Source: Octopus bimaculoides (lineage: Eukaryota). Taken from it: a stretch of 34,157 bases of DNA. The notes beneath the pieces are model-generated. The model saw only the letters and a list, made by a program, of their open reading frames with translations. It had not been told where the DNA came from and searched no databases. The DNA lies in the NCBI RefSeq assembly GCF_001194135.2, contig NC_068981.1, positions 171,446,587-171,480,743 of the forward strand, given 5' to 3'. A program made the position numbers and the translations under genes. Shown one piece after another: positions 33,701 through 34,157 of this stretch; positions within the stretch are counted from its first letter, which is position 1; the number at the start of each line of letters is the position of its first letter.

Positions 33701-34084
33701 TATTACTATTACTGCAACATCAACACCAAAATACCTTCACATTCACCAACAGCACAAAACCTATACCAACAACACCATAACTCCTACCACCACCACCACC
33801 ACCATCACTACCACCACCACCACAGTCTCACAACCATCACCACTACAGCAAATACCAAACAAACCGCGCCTCACAACGTTTCTGTAGAAACATGTATGGA
33901 GAAATATGACAGTTGTTATTTGCCCAAACAAATTAAGTTATAAAACTGTCTTGGCACGTTTACTTGAAAAGGAGGTTCCACAGCAAGTTTTAATTTAGAT
34001 TATTTCTGAAGATACATCTAGAGATGGTTACACAAGCTAAGCATTCGTACATTTTTAAGTAGGTATACGCGTATGTGCTGGCGT

Positions 34085-34157
34085 TTGTGTATGTATGTAT
34101 ATATATATATGTATGTATGTATATATATGTATATATATATATATATATTAATATATA
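34085..34157. repeat. (TATG)n/(TA)n microsatellite
   Basis: Direct inspection. Confidence 0.9.

Overview
AT-rich, non-genic animal DNA, intergenic or deep intronic. The SINE, LINE and microsatellite content points to an octopus genome; this is my recognition of the repeat motifs, not a database result. It is a short-read-style scaffold with about 14 N-gaps, most flanked by microsatellites. I recognise no intact protein-coding or RNA gene, and nearly all ORF-track entries are microsatellite or N-gap artefacts. The decayed retroelements are a CR1/L2-group LINE (about 4.0-5.2 kb, minus), a Penelope-like element with RT, GIY-YIG remnant and a 3' terminal repeat carrying a degenerate hammerhead-like motif (7.95-9.68 kb), an L1/Tx1 RT remnant (15.0-16.0 kb, minus) and two R4/Dong-like 3' fragments at (TAA)n. 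The DNA transposons are a pogo remnant, an internally deleted mariner, a mariner MITE, a hAT MITE and two unclassified inverted-repeat elements. There are about a dozen tRNA-type SINE copies and dense microsatellites. The most unusual structures are a 35-bp tandem array built from a SINE's A-box head inside a nested SINE cluster (32.4-33.7 kb) and a ~500-bp fold-back with a 13-nt loop plus a third partial copy (23.7-24.4 kb). I cannot support a wholly new gene system from this sequence.
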